Position numbers and translations under genes: made by a program. Shown one piece after another: positions 47,466 to 57,798 of a DNA stretch of 64,000 bases (position 1 is the first letter of the stretch; each line of letters starts with the position of its first letter). The DNA is from Candidatus Aminicenantes bacterium (lineage in GTDB: Bacteria > Acidobacteriota > Aminicenantia > Aminicenantales > JAFGBC01), in assembly GCA_963702005.1 (NCBI GenBank), contig OY969696.1, positions 4,128,001 to 4,192,000 on the forward strand. Reading direction: 5' to 3'. Below the pieces are notes generated by a model, which had not been told where the DNA came from, made no database searches, and worked only from the letters and a program-made list of their open reading frames with translations.

Positions 47466-48680
47466 TTAGCCTTCGGCTACGTCCGGGGCCATCGGCTTGG
47501 GCGCGCCGCCGCGGCCCTTCCCGAACACCTCGGGCCCGCGCGTCAGGTAGAAGAGAAAGACGGCCAGGGACAGGACGCCCGTGAATAGAAACGGCGCCTG
47601 AATCCCGTACCGGTCGGACAGGAATCCGGAGATCAGGCTGACGACCGCGCCCGAGAGCATCTGGAGGTTGGAGACCCAGCTGAAAGCCAGCCTTTGTCCC
47701 GAGGTCGGGACCGTGGACCCGACGAAGGTGTGAAGGGAGGGGTAAGTCATGAGGAGGAAACCGCCGTAGCTGAGGAGGCCGACAACCGCTAACGCCTTGT
47801 GGCCGGCCAGCCCGATGACGAATAGGGAGACCACCGCTCCGACCAGGCTCAGCAGGAAGACATTCCGTCGGCCGAAGCGTCGGCTCCAGACGCCGTATCC
47901 GTAGCCGGTGATCGTGCCCAAACCAATCCAAAAAGCGAGGTAGAGCCCGGTCGCTCCGATCGGGATGCGGAACCTGTGATTGAGGAGCGAAGGGGCATAA
48001 TAAACGATGACCGACCAGCCGATTCCTCCGAAGAAAAAGCCCGGGATGTAGCGTTTGATCCCGACCAAGGACCTCCACCAGGATCCGACGCTGAGGTCGG
48101 GCGTCTTCTCGCTGCGGGAGGAGACGCCCTTGATCGCCCGCATGCCTAAGATCCCCAAGAGAAGCCCCAAGACGCTCCAAACGTAGAGCGGCGTTTTCCA
48201 GGTCCAGCGCTGGGCCAGATAGCCCACCGACAGGAAGGCCAGCAGGACGCCGACGTTGCCGGACCCGCTTTGGATCCCCATGGCGTCGTCGAGCTCCTGT
48301 CCCGACCCGGCCCGCGAGGTCGAGATCCAGGCGATGATGATCGGATGATAGAAGGTCGTGAACAGCCGGAGGAGGAGGAAGAAGGCGAGGAGCGCCGCGA
48401 AGCTCGTCGCGAACGGGACGAGAGCCATCGAGGCGCAAATCCCCAGCAAGCTCAGGAGCATCAGGCGGCGGTACTCGTGGCGGCAGGAGAGGCTGACGAC
48501 GTAGAACTGGAAAACGAAGGAGATGAGCAGGCCGAGGTTCGAGAGGAGGCCGATCTGGGAATAGCTCGAGATCAGGAACCGCTGGCTGTAGAGGATGGGA
48601 AAGATCATCGGCGTGGCGACGGTCGCCGCGTCGTTGAGGGCGTGGAAGAGCGAGGCGGAGAGGAGGATCTGCTTTTTCAT
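47466..48680 (-). CDS. MFS transporter
   Basis: About 12 TMs, FHALND and YHP motifs (Fsr-like), SRRFGRR loop. Confidence 0.85.
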   Translation of the reverse strand: MKKQILLSASLFHALNDAATVATPMIFPILYSQRFLISSYSQIGLLSNLGLLISFVFQFYVVSLSCRHEYRRLMLLSLLGICASMALVPFATSFAALLAFFLLLRLFTTFYHPIIIAWISTSRAGSGQELDDAMGIQSGSGNVGVLLAFLSVGYLAQRWTWKTPLYVWSVLGLLLGILGMRAIKGVSSRSEKTPDLSVGSWWRSLVGIKRYIPGFFFGGIGWSVIVYYAPSLLNHRFRIPIGATGLYLAFWIGLGTITGYGYGVWSRRFGRRNVFLLSLVGAVVSLFVIGLAGHKALAVVGLLSYGGFLLMTYPSLHTFVGSTVPTSGQRLAFSWVSNLQMLSGAVVSLISGFLSDRYGIQAPFLFTGVLSLAVFLFYLTRGPEVFGKGRGGAPKPMAPDVAEG

Positions 48681-48773
48681 CGGCGTAAACGGGGTTACTG
48701 TAGCACGTCCGGCGCCGCCTGTAAATCACCCGGATTTGCGGAAAATGCGCTATTCGTGTATAAATAACGACTT

Positions 48774-50018
48774 ATGGCAAACCCGCTCCATCTGTTCCGC
48801 CATCTCGATTTCAGCCGGACCTTCTCCGCCCTCCATTACCGGAATTACCGGTTGTGGTTCATCGGGCAGACCATCTCGCTTTTCGGGACCTGGATGCAGG
48901 CCGCGGCCCTGGGCTATCTCGTCTTCGACCTAACCCGTTCGCCCGCCTATCTGGGCTATGTCGGGTTCGCGGCCGGCGTCCCCGCCTGGCTGTTCATGAT
49001 CTACGGCGGGGTCGTGGCCGACCGGATGTCCCGCCGGACCCTCCTCATTCTGACCCAGACGGCCATGATGATCCTGGCTTTCGCCCTGGCCGCCTTAACC
49101 TTCCTTCACGTCGTCCAGGCCTGGCACATCATCGTCCTCGCCTTCGGCTTTGGGATCGCCAACGCTTTCGACGCGCCGGCCCGGCATGCTTTCATCACCG
49201 AGATGGTCGGCCCCGAGGACCTGACCAACGCCATCGCCCTCAATGCGACCATGTTCCACCTCGGAATCTCCCTGGGCCCGGCCGTATCGGGCATCACCTA
49301 CGCTCTCTTCGGCCCGGGCTGGTGCTTCGCCATCAACGGCATCTCCTTCATCGCCATCATCATCGCTCTCCATCTCATGAAGCTCACCGATCCGGACCGC
49401 CCGGCAGCCATCCGGTCTCACCGGACCGATCTCAAGGAGGGCTTCCGCTATGCGTTCCGGCATCCCGTCATCCGGACGGTCATTCTCCTCATCGCCGTGA
49501 CCGGACTGTTCGGGAGCGCGTTCCTGACGCTCATCCCGGCCTGGGCGGTCAAGATCCTCCACGGAAACGCCGCCACCAACGGCTGGCTCCAGTCGGCGCG
49601 CGGGGTCGGCGCCCTGATGAGCGCCCTGCTGATCGCTTCGCTGGGACGCTTTCAGTTCAAGGGGAAGCTCCTCACGGCGGGCACCTTCGCCCTCCCCCTT
49701 CTCCTCCTCGCTTTCGCTTTCACGCGCGGGCTCGCGCTTTCGCTCCTGCTCCTGGTCGGGGTGGGCGGTTCGCTTGTCGTTGTCATGAACCTGGCCAACG
49801 CCCTGGTCCAGACGCACGTCGAGGAAAGGCTCCGCGGACGGGTCATGGGGATCTATGCCTTCGCCTTCTTCGGCCTCATCCCGCTCGGCTCCCTCTGGTC
49901 GGGTGCCCTGGCCCAGTGGCTGGGAGAAACCGTCTCGGTCGCCGCCGGTGCCGTCGTAACGCTCGGGTTCGCGGCCGCAGCCTGGATTTTCGCCCCACGG
50001 CTGAGAACGCTTTCTTGA
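48774..50018 (+). CDS. MFS transporter (MFS_3-like)
   Basis: ALHYRNYRLWFIGQ, GGVVADRMSRR, FDAPAR, RLRGRVMG. Confidence 0.9.
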   Translation: MANPLHLFRHLDFSRTFSALHYRNYRLWFIGQTISLFGTWMQAAALGYLVFDLTRSPAYLGYVGFAAGVPAWLFMIYGGVVADRMSRRTLLILTQTAMMILAFALAALTFLHVVQAWHIIVLAFGFGIANAFDAPARHAFITEMVGPEDLTNAIALNATMFHLGISLGPAVSGITYALFGPGWCFAINGISFIAIIIALHLMKLTDPDRPAAIRSHRTDLKEGFRYAFRHPVIRTVILLIAVTGLFGSAFLTLIPAWAVKILHGNAATNGWLQSARGVGALMSALLIASLGRFQFKGKLLTAGTFALPLLLLAFAFTRGLALSLLLLVGVGGSLVVVMNLANALVQTHVEERLRGRVMGIYAFAFFGLIPLGSLWSGALAQWLGETVSVAAGAVVTLGFAAAAWIFAPRLRTLS

Positions 50019-50080
50019 GTTGACGTTCCGGCCCAAACTCCCTACCTTTAGTAGAGCGGTCCGCCGCGGCCGGACGGCCC

Positions 50081-52381
50081 CTAGCGGCTGTCCGAGTCGA
50101 GGAGCGGGTATTCCTTGGGCGGCTCGACTCCCAAGAGATTCTTGACGAAATAATCCCAACGCTTCCGGACGAAGTAGCCGTTCCCCAGACCGTGGTGCCG
50201 GTTGGGCATGATGAGCAGGTCGAAATCCTTATTGGCCTTGATCAGGGCGTCCACGAGCTGGAGTGTTGCCGCCGGGTGGACGTTATCGTCCAGGTCTCCG
50301 TGGACGAGGAGGAGCTTTCCCTTAAAGTTCGCGGCCAGGGTCGGGTTCGCCTGGGCTCGGTAGTGGTCTCCGACCGGATAACCCATCCACAGCTCGTTCC
50401 ACCAGACCTTGTCCGCGCGGTTGTCGTGGCAGCCCGAGGACGACACGGCGACCTTATAGAACTCGGGATGGACGAGGAGGGCGTGGGCCGAGTCGTAGCC
50501 GCCGGCCGAATGACCGTAGATTCCAACCCTCTCCAGGTCCAGGTAGGGGTAGCGTTGGGCGAGCTGGCGGAGGCCGAGGATGTGATCTTCGAGCCCGGAG
50601 TCGCCCAGGTTTTTGTAGGAGACGTTGTGGAAGGCCTTGGAGCGCATGGCCGTGCCCATGCCGTCGATGGTGACGACGATGAAACCCAGCTCGGCCAGGG
50701 CCTGATCATGGGAGGACGCCTGGAACGACTTGGGCGTGCGGACGGCCTGGGGCCCGTTGTAGATGCCGTCGATGACGGGATATCGGCGCGAAGAGTCAAA
50801 ATTCGAAGGTCTGTAGATGACGCCGTAGATGCCGGTCTTGCCGTCGCGTCCCGTGACCCGGAACGGCTCCGGCTTGGGCCAACCGGAGGCGAGGAGTTGT
50901 CCGAGGTCGGCTTTCTCGAACTCGCGAACGATCTTGCCGTCCGGGAAGCGGCGCAGGACCGAGACCGGGGCGGTATCGATCTTGGAATAGGTGTCCAAGG
51001 CGAACGCTCCGTCGGGGGAGGGACGTATATTGTGGTCGTCGTCCTCGGGCGTCAGCAGGGTCAGCCCCCGGCCGTCGAGGTTGATCCGGTAGAGAAACCG
51101 GAAATAGGGATCGCGGCCGGGCTCCCGGCCGCCGGCGATAAAATAGACCTGCCGCTTCTTTTCGTCGACCCGTACGATCTCGCGCACGACGAACTCGCCC
51201 GAGGTGATCCGGTTCTTGAGCTCTCCGCTCCGGCCGTCGAAGAGGTAGATCTGGCACCAGCCGTCCCGCTCCGAGCCCCAGACGAGTTCGGCGCCGTTCC
51301 CCAGCACGGCCAGATAGGTCATGTGGGGATCGACGCAGGTCTGGGAGGTTTCGGTCAGGACGACGCGGGCCTTCCCCGTGGACGGGTCGGCCTCATAGAG
51401 GCGGGCCGTCTGATAGCCGCGGACCGTTTCGGCGAAGTAGAGGCGCCGGCCGTCCTCGGTCCACAGACCCGAGCCGGCCGCCTTCCACATCAGGATCGGC
51501 ATGAGGAGCGGAGGGCATTCGACCGGGATCAGTTTCTTTGCTTCGACCTCGAACACGACCGGCTCGCCCCGGGTGAGGATTTCGTCGCCCGGAAGCTCGT
51601 AGACGTAGGAAAAAAGCTTTGCTCTCTGCCCGCCGGGAGGGACGAACTGGAGGAGATGATGGCGTTGAGCCCCCCGCTCGTCGATCCGCCAGGTCAGGAT
51701 GCGTTTTGAATCGGGCGACCAGAGGACCTCGATCGACCTGGGCGCGGGCTTGTCGCCCGCCTCGACCTGCTCCTGAAGCCCGGGCGAGGACGACCCGTAG
51801 GCGTAGCCTTCAATGCCGTCCCGACTGAGCTGAGTCTCCGCCCCGCCGGCGGCCTCGCGCAGCCAAAGATCGTAGCCGCGGAGGAAGGCCGTCCACTTGC
51901 CGTCGGGCGAGGGCGCTTCGTCCTTGCGCTCCTCGGTCTTCTCGGTCTTGACCAGGTTTCCGGTCTTGAGGTCGAATATCCAAACGGCTTTGGCCGCTTC
52001 GAACTTGATCCGCGTTTCACCCTTCTCGAAGCCGAACGTATCGAAAGGAAGGTTCGAGGCCGAGACGGCTTCGCCCGTGGCGGCGGCGAGCGCGGCCGCG
52101 ACCTTGGCGTGATCGAAGGCGGGCATGACCGCGTTACGGGCGGGATCGACGAGGAGGAACAGCTTTCCGTCGCGCAGGTCCCGCTTATACCAGAAGCGGG
52201 AGCCCTTGTCGAGCCAGTTCGGCGTCACGCGCTCGTTGAGCACCAGCTTGCGCGCGTTCTGGGGGAGGAACCGCTCGGCCCTCCGGTAATCCTCGAGAGA
52301 GCCTTGTCCCAGGAGCGGACCGATCAACACGCAGAGCAAGGCCCCCAAGCCTAATAATTTTGAACCGGCGGTCGGTGCCAT
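50081..52381 (-). CDS. Dipeptidyl peptidase IV family (S9B) peptidase
   Basis: DPPIV propeller, GHSAGG, HGDLDDNVH, RHHG. Start MAPTAG after GAGG RBS. Confidence 0.9.
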   Translation of the reverse strand: MAPTAGSKLLGLGALLCVLIGPLLGQGSLEDYRRAERFLPQNARKLVLNERVTPNWLDKGSRFWYKRDLRDGKLFLLVDPARNAVMPAFDHAKVAAALAAATGEAVSASNLPFDTFGFEKGETRIKFEAAKAVWIFDLKTGNLVKTEKTEERKDEAPSPDGKWTAFLRGYDLWLREAAGGAETQLSRDGIEGYAYGSSSPGLQEQVEAGDKPAPRSIEVLWSPDSKRILTWRIDERGAQRHHLLQFVPPGGQRAKLFSYVYELPGDEILTRGEPVVFEVEAKKLIPVECPPLLMPILMWKAAGSGLWTEDGRRLYFAETVRGYQTARLYEADPSTGKARVVLTETSQTCVDPHMTYLAVLGNGAELVWGSERDGWCQIYLFDGRSGELKNRITSGEFVVREIVRVDEKKRQVYFIAGGREPGRDPYFRFLYRINLDGRGLTLLTPEDDDHNIRPSPDGAFALDTYSKIDTAPVSVLRRFPDGKIVREFEKADLGQLLASGWPKPEPFRVTGRDGKTGIYGVIYRPSNFDSSRRYPVIDGIYNGPQAVRTPKSFQASSHDQALAELGFIVVTIDGMGTAMRSKAFHNVSYKNLGDSGLEDHILGLRQLAQRYPYLDLERVGIYGHSAGGYDSAHALLVHPEFYKVAVSSSGCHDNRADKVWWNELWMGYPVGDHYRAQANPTLAANFKGKLLLVHGDLDDNVHPAATLQLVDALIKANKDFDLLIMPNRHHGLGNGYFVRKRWDYFVKNLLGVEPPKEYPLLDSDSR

Positions 52382-52460
52382 TTTGACCTCCTCTGGATCC
52401 GTCTTTCCGTGTATACAGCACGCGCCAGGCCGAAAGCAAGCCCGGCCGGGCGGGCCGGAT

Positions 52461-52666
52461 TCGCGGGGACTGAAGCTCCACGAACTCACGTCCGTGGGAT
52501 CTGCTTATTGCAGGCGTTGGAGCGCACCCATGGAGCCGCTAATACGGCTCCATGAGTACTGCGAAACCGCACTCATGGAAGCCCTGAGTACTGCAAGGCT
52601 GCTGCCTGTCCCCGAAGCGGGGAGATGGCTATTCCTCCACGGACTAACGTCCATGGAATCCCGCGA
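52461..52666. repeat. Structured MITE/REP-like intergenic element
   Basis: Terminal TCGCGGG/CCCGCGA, two CCACG(G/A)ACT..CGTCC(G/A)TGG palindromes and an internal perfect hairpin at 52529-52554. Confidence 0.55.
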
Positions 52667-52717
52667 GGGGATTGAACGGCGCCCCGTTTTATGGTAATAA
52701 AATGAGCCTCGGAAGAT

Positions 52718-54767
52718 ATGGGAGTAGGGGTCGTGTTTTCGGCGCGTCCGGTATTTGCCGCCATACTCTGTCTATGTCTTTTTCTCGGCTCGACCGCGAT
52801 CCTCCCGGCCGCAGCCTCGGACACGGCCAGCCTCCCCGCCCTTCTCAAGAAGCTCGATACGCTCCCCGAAGCCGAGAAGATCCCCGTTCTCAACTTGATC
52901 TCCGAGACCTATCTCGCCCGGAAAGACACCCGGGAAGCGCTTCGCTGGGCCGAGCAAGCCCTCCGTCTCGCCCTGGTCCGCGGAAACGATTGGGAAATCG
53001 TCAGGGCGCGCCTGACGCTCGGTTCCGCCTATTATTTTCTCGAGAACTACGCGCTGTCCCTGGAGCATCTCAAGGAATGTTCGACGAAGCTCAAGGAGCT
53101 CGAGGGAGCGCCCGGGGGCGTTCCGAGAGATAAGCTCCTCAAGGCCCGGATCGAGACCGCCGGCTGGCTCGGCTACGCCTTCGAAAAAAACCAGGACATC
53201 CAATCCTCCCTGGATGCGCTCCAGACCGGGGTTGATCTCGCCAAGGAGGCCGGCGACGAGCGGTCCACGGCCGACTTCCTGTACCGAATCGCCGCCGGCC
53301 GCTTCGTCAAAACCGAGTACGAAAAGGCCCTGGCCGCGGGAATCGAGGCCGTCGAGACGGCGCGGAAACTTCGCGACCCGGGGCTCCTCAGCGATTGCGA
53401 ATCCGCGGTCGGTTTTATTTATCGCGACTTGAAGCGCTGGGACACGGCCCTGGAATTCTTCCAATCCGCGCTCCGCAGCTCCGAAGCGGCCCATGACGAA
53501 CGCCGGACGGCCTTGGTCCTAAACGAGATCGGAAATATCTTTACTTTTCGGGAAGACACCAAGGAAGCCCTTAGATACAAAGAGAAGGCCCTGGACGCCG
53601 CCAAACGATCGAACGACGATTACACCCTGTCCTGCTGCCTCCATGACATCGGCAGCGTTTACCTGGAACAGGGGGACAAGGCCGCCGCCTTGATTTTTCT
53701 CCGTCAAGCGCTGGACATCGATATCAAGGAAGGCCAGGAGAGGGAGATCGCCATCGTCTCCCAGAACATCGCCGAGATCTACATGAGTCTGAACAGGATC
53801 GGAGAGGCCCAGGCCGTTCTGGAGCGGGCCCTGCCCTATATCGAGAGAGTCAATTTTCCCAAGGAGCGGGCGGCCATCTACGGCTTGTTGGCCGATGTCC
53901 ATGAGCGGCGCGGCGAGCCCGGGCTGGCCCTGGCTTACCTGCGCAAGGCCTCCGACTTGGAGGAAAGGGTCCCTAAGGAAGAGGGCTCCCGTCAGCTCCA
54001 AGAGCTCCAAACCCGGTACGAAACCGATAAGAAGAGGCGGGAAAACGAGACGTTAGCGCAAAAGAACAACTTCAATGAGCTGACCCTCAAAAAGCAGACC
54101 GCCATCCGTTATTCCCTGATCGCCCTCTCGCTCCTGGTCATTCTCATCGCCGCCCTCATTTACAATCGCTATCGCCTCAAGGCTCGGGCCAATTGGGAGC
54201 TGAAGCTGGCCAACGCCGAGATCAGCGCTAAAAAGGACGAATTGGACCGTGCCAACGTCCGGCTCGAGGAGCTGTCCCGCCATGACCCTCTGACCGGCCT
54301 CTCCAATCGCCGCGACATGATGGAGAAATTCGAAGAGGAGAAGATCCGCTTCGACCGGACCGGACGCCCCTTCGCCTTGATCATGGCCGATATCGACAGC
54401 TTCAAGGACATCAACGACGGCCACGGACACGACTGCGGCGACTTCGTCCTCAAGAGGTTGGCCGGCGTCCCTGAGGTCCTCGCTCCGCAAGCTGACCTGG
54501 ATCAGCCGCTGGGGCGGCGACGAATTCCTCCTCCTCCTGCCCGAGACGAACCTGGCCGGGGCCCGCCGGGTCACGGACAAGATCCGGGACCGGATGGCTC
54601 GAACGCCCTTCTCCTGGGACGGCCAGGCCCTCGACGTCCGGCTTTCGCTCGGGGTCAGCGTCTTCCGGGAAGGGACGGAGATCGACGATCTCCTGCGCGA
54701 GGCGGACCAGGACATGTACCGGAAGAAGAAGGCCGCCAAGGCTAGGCCGGTCGGGCTCCAAGCCTGA
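52718..54767 (+). CDS. TPR-containing membrane diguanylate cyclase, frameshift near 54470
   Basis: TPRs, TM, DPLTGLSNRR, DIDSFKDIND. Removing one C of GTCCCTG restores SRWGGDEF...ADQDMY to TGA 54767. Confidence 0.88.
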
Positions 54768-54797
54768 GCCGGGATTTTTTTGAGGAGGACCAACCTT

Positions 54798-56144
54798 ATG
54801 ACCGAGACCGAGCAGCGCTTCCCGATGACCTTCTGGACGGCCAACACGATCGAGCTCTTCGAGCGGGCCGCCTACTACGCCATGGCCTCCTTCGTGGTCA
54901 TCTACCTCCATGAGAACCTGGGGATGAGCCCGAGCAAGGCGACCTCCATCAACGGCATCCTCCTCTGGGGCATCATCTATTTCCTGCCCATCCTGTCCGG
55001 CACGCTGGCCGATAAGTTCGGGTTCAAGCGGTCGCTGAGCGTCGCTTTCGTTCTGATCTCGTTCGGCTACCTGATCATGGGAAACCTCCAGCGGCTTTGG
55101 CCCGGGATCATCGGACGGGGCGCGGCCGAGACCGTCGACTTCACGGTGCCGGTCGTCCTGGGCGTGGTCCTGATCGGGATCGGCGGCTCGATCGTCAAGC
55201 CCTGCATCGCCGGCACGGTCCAGAAGACGGCCGGAACGAGGGCGACCCTGGCCTTCGGAATCTTCTACATGGTCATCAACATCGGCTCTATTTCCGGACG
55301 GGGCGTTTCCTACTTCATCCGGACCAGCCTGGGCATCCCGGCCATCTTCAGCTACGTCGCCTCGCTCTTCGCCCTGGCCGGCCTCATCATCACGCTTTTT
55401 ATCTACCGCGAGCCCGAGTTCGTCAGCGACGGCATCAAAGACGGGCAGACGGTCCCCAAGAGGACGTTGGGCCAGGCTCTGCTGGGCATCGTCACCGTAC
55501 TCAGCAACCTCAATTTCCTGTTCCTGATCATCGTCCTCAGCCTGTTCTGGTTTCTCTACATCCAGCTCTACAACCTCATGCCGCTCTTCATGCGCTATGT
55601 CGACCCCAACGCGCCCATGGAGCTATACACCATGGCCAACCCCCTTATGATCGTCTGCTTCCAGCTCCTGATCACCCGCTGGGTCAAGCGCTGGGCTCCG
55701 GTCAAGTCCATCATGCTCGGAGCCGTCGTCGTGACGCTGGGGATGTCCCTGAACGTCCTGCCGACGCTTTTATTCAAAGACATTACCTCAAAGATTCATA
55801 TCGGCATAGCCGTTCCCGTCGCCGGCATTTTCCTCCTCGTCTCGATCGCCTCAATGGCCGTGGGCGAGATGATGGCCTCCCCGCGGGTCTATGAATACAT
55901 CGGCGCCATCGCGCCGCGCGGCCAGGAGGGGCTTTACCTCGGTTACCAGAGCCTGCCGATCGCCCTGGCCAGCATCGTCGGAGGTCGCTTGGGAGGCAAG
56001 CTTTTCGAGCGCTACATCTCGAATCCCGTGAAGGCCGGCTTGCCCCCCGGCATCACGGCCATGTGGCTGATCATCGTCGGGATCGGGGTCGCCTCGATCG
56101 TCGGACTTTCCGTCTACGACCGGCTCGTCGCCAAAGCCAAATAG
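54798..56144 (+). CDS. POT/PTR-like MFS peptide transporter
   Basis: ELFERAAYY (ExxERFxYY) and FGIFYMVINIG. Confidence 0.88.
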   Translation: MTETEQRFPMTFWTANTIELFERAAYYAMASFVVIYLHENLGMSPSKATSINGILLWGIIYFLPILSGTLADKFGFKRSLSVAFVLISFGYLIMGNLQRLWPGIIGRGAAETVDFTVPVVLGVVLIGIGGSIVKPCIAGTVQKTAGTRATLAFGIFYMVINIGSISGRGVSYFIRTSLGIPAIFSYVASLFALAGLIITLFIYREPEFVSDGIKDGQTVPKRTLGQALLGIVTVLSNLNFLFLIIVLSLFWFLYIQLYNLMPLFMRYVDPNAPMELYTMANPLMIVCFQLLITRWVKRWAPVKSIMLGAVVVTLGMSLNVLPTLLFKDITSKIHIGIAVPVAGIFLLVSIASMAVGEMMASPRVYEYIGAIAPRGQEGLYLGYQSLPIALASIVGGRLGGKLFERYISNPVKAGLPPGITAMWLIIVGIGVASIVGLSVYDRLVAKAK

Positions 56145-56264
56145 AAATAAAGCGGAACGAGCGAGCTACAACAGGCATTCCCCACCGGGGAAAACTGCGG
56201 CTTCAGGCCGCTCCGGGAAGCCCTGAAAATCGGCGGAAGGACAGCACGGACGCGGGCCGGCCCG

Positions 56265-57710
56265 TCACAGGCTGCCGGCGGCTGCCGCGCCCCAGTCCAC
56301 GATGGCTTTGACGGCGGCGTCGATGGCGAGCCGCGTCCCGTTGCCGCCCCGGTTGGCCAGGAAGGAAAAAATATAGTCTCCTCCGTCCGTGCGGACGACG
56401 CCCGAGAGGGCTCGTACGGCCCTGAGATAGCCGGACTTTGCCCGGACCCGGCCGCGGTATGGTTTCTCCCAAAAGTGGTTCTCGATCGTTCCGTCCATCC
56501 CGCCCACGGCCAGCGTGCTCTCAAAAATATTCCAGTCGGGGCGGCCGGCCAGGTGCAGGAGGATTTGGGTCAGGGCCCAAGCGCTTAGGCGGTTGTCCCG
56601 GCTGAGGCCGCTTCCGTCGGAAAGATAAAATTCGCCGTCATCAATCCCCAGCCCGCGCAGATAATCGGACAGGACCTTTCGGCCGCTCTCCCAACTGCCT
56701 CCTTTGCCGTCGAGGCTGGCTTGGGCTCCAAGTCGCTTGAAGAGCGCCTCGGCGGCCAACCCCAGGCTCTCCTTATTGGCCATCATGAGACAATCGCCCA
56801 GCGGCGTCCGGTATTCGGCCAGCGGCCGGAAGTCAGCGTCGTCGGGCATGGGACGCTCCAAGATTTGCCCGGTCATGTGGATCCCCGCTTTGGTCAAACC
56901 ATCCCTGAGCAGATGGCCGAAGAAGAGGGCCGGATTCTCCACGGCGAAGGAGTAGGGGCCAGCCCGGTCACGGCAAGTTCCCGAGACGACGAGCTCGCCG
57001 GGAACTTCGGTCCGATCCAGGCTGATCCGGCTCCGGCCATAAGACCGGGGCCACACATCATTGATCGGATTCAAATAATCGGTCGGCGGCTCAAGGGAGA
57101 TCACGATCCGGCCTCCCTGATTGAGCACGACGATGTCCGCGCAGTTGCCGTTATAATTGAGGCCGCTGACCTCGCAGGCGTATTTTTGATTGAGTTGGTT
57201 CGCCGGCCAGTTGGGATAAATGCGTTGATCGTCGAAGACGGATACGTCGAGGACGATATTCGAAAGAGAGACGACGCCGCTTTCTATAAGGCGGTCGATG
57301 ATGTCCTGCAGAATCGAGGGGCGCCGATGTCCGTTTCGGGCGGCGATCTCGGGATCGCCGAACAGGGGGTCGCCGCTCCCGATGACGACCAGGTCTTCCC
57401 CGCTCAGGCCGACGCGCGTGACGAAGGCGAAATCCGGCCCCAAGATCTCCAGTGCGCCGGCCGTGGTGACGATCTTCATGTTCGAGGCCGGCATGAGAGG
57501 AAGTCGCGGGTTTTTCTCGTAGACGACCTCGCCCGTATCCCGGCGCACGACGCAGGCCGAAAATTGGACTTTTTTCAACCCGGGCCTGTTTAGAATCTCG
57601 TCGATCCGCTTCGACAGATCATTAGGCGCGACGGCTTGGCCGCAGGGCAGCCTCCCCAGACAAAGAGCGAAGGCCAAGATCGGCAAGGCCGCCATCCTCG
57701 TCAACTTCAT
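56265..57710 (-). CDS. dacB: D-alanyl-D-alanine carboxypeptidase/endopeptidase (S13, PBP4)
   Basis: PASNMK, GSGDP, DGSGLSRDN, AKSG. Confidence 0.9.
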   Translation of the reverse strand: MKLTRMAALPILAFALCLGRLPCGQAVAPNDLSKRIDEILNRPGLKKVQFSACVVRRDTGEVVYEKNPRLPLMPASNMKIVTTAGALEILGPDFAFVTRVGLSGEDLVVIGSGDPLFGDPEIAARNGHRRPSILQDIIDRLIESGVVSLSNIVLDVSVFDDQRIYPNWPANQLNQKYACEVSGLNYNGNCADIVVLNQGGRIVISLEPPTDYLNPINDVWPRSYGRSRISLDRTEVPGELVVSGTCRDRAGPYSFAVENPALFFGHLLRDGLTKAGIHMTGQILERPMPDDADFRPLAEYRTPLGDCLMMANKESLGLAAEALFKRLGAQASLDGKGGSWESGRKVLSDYLRGLGIDDGEFYLSDGSGLSRDNRLSAWALTQILLHLAGRPDWNIFESTLAVGGMDGTIENHFWEKPYRGRVRAKSGYLRAVRALSGVVRTDGGDYIFSFLANRGGNGTRLAIDAAVKAIVDWGAAAAGSL

Positions 57711-57798
57711 GGTCGTTCGGACATCAACGATATATTGACTCGAGTTCCTATTTATAAGGGCGATCTAAAATAAATGTCAAGCGGTTAGGGGAAAGCCG

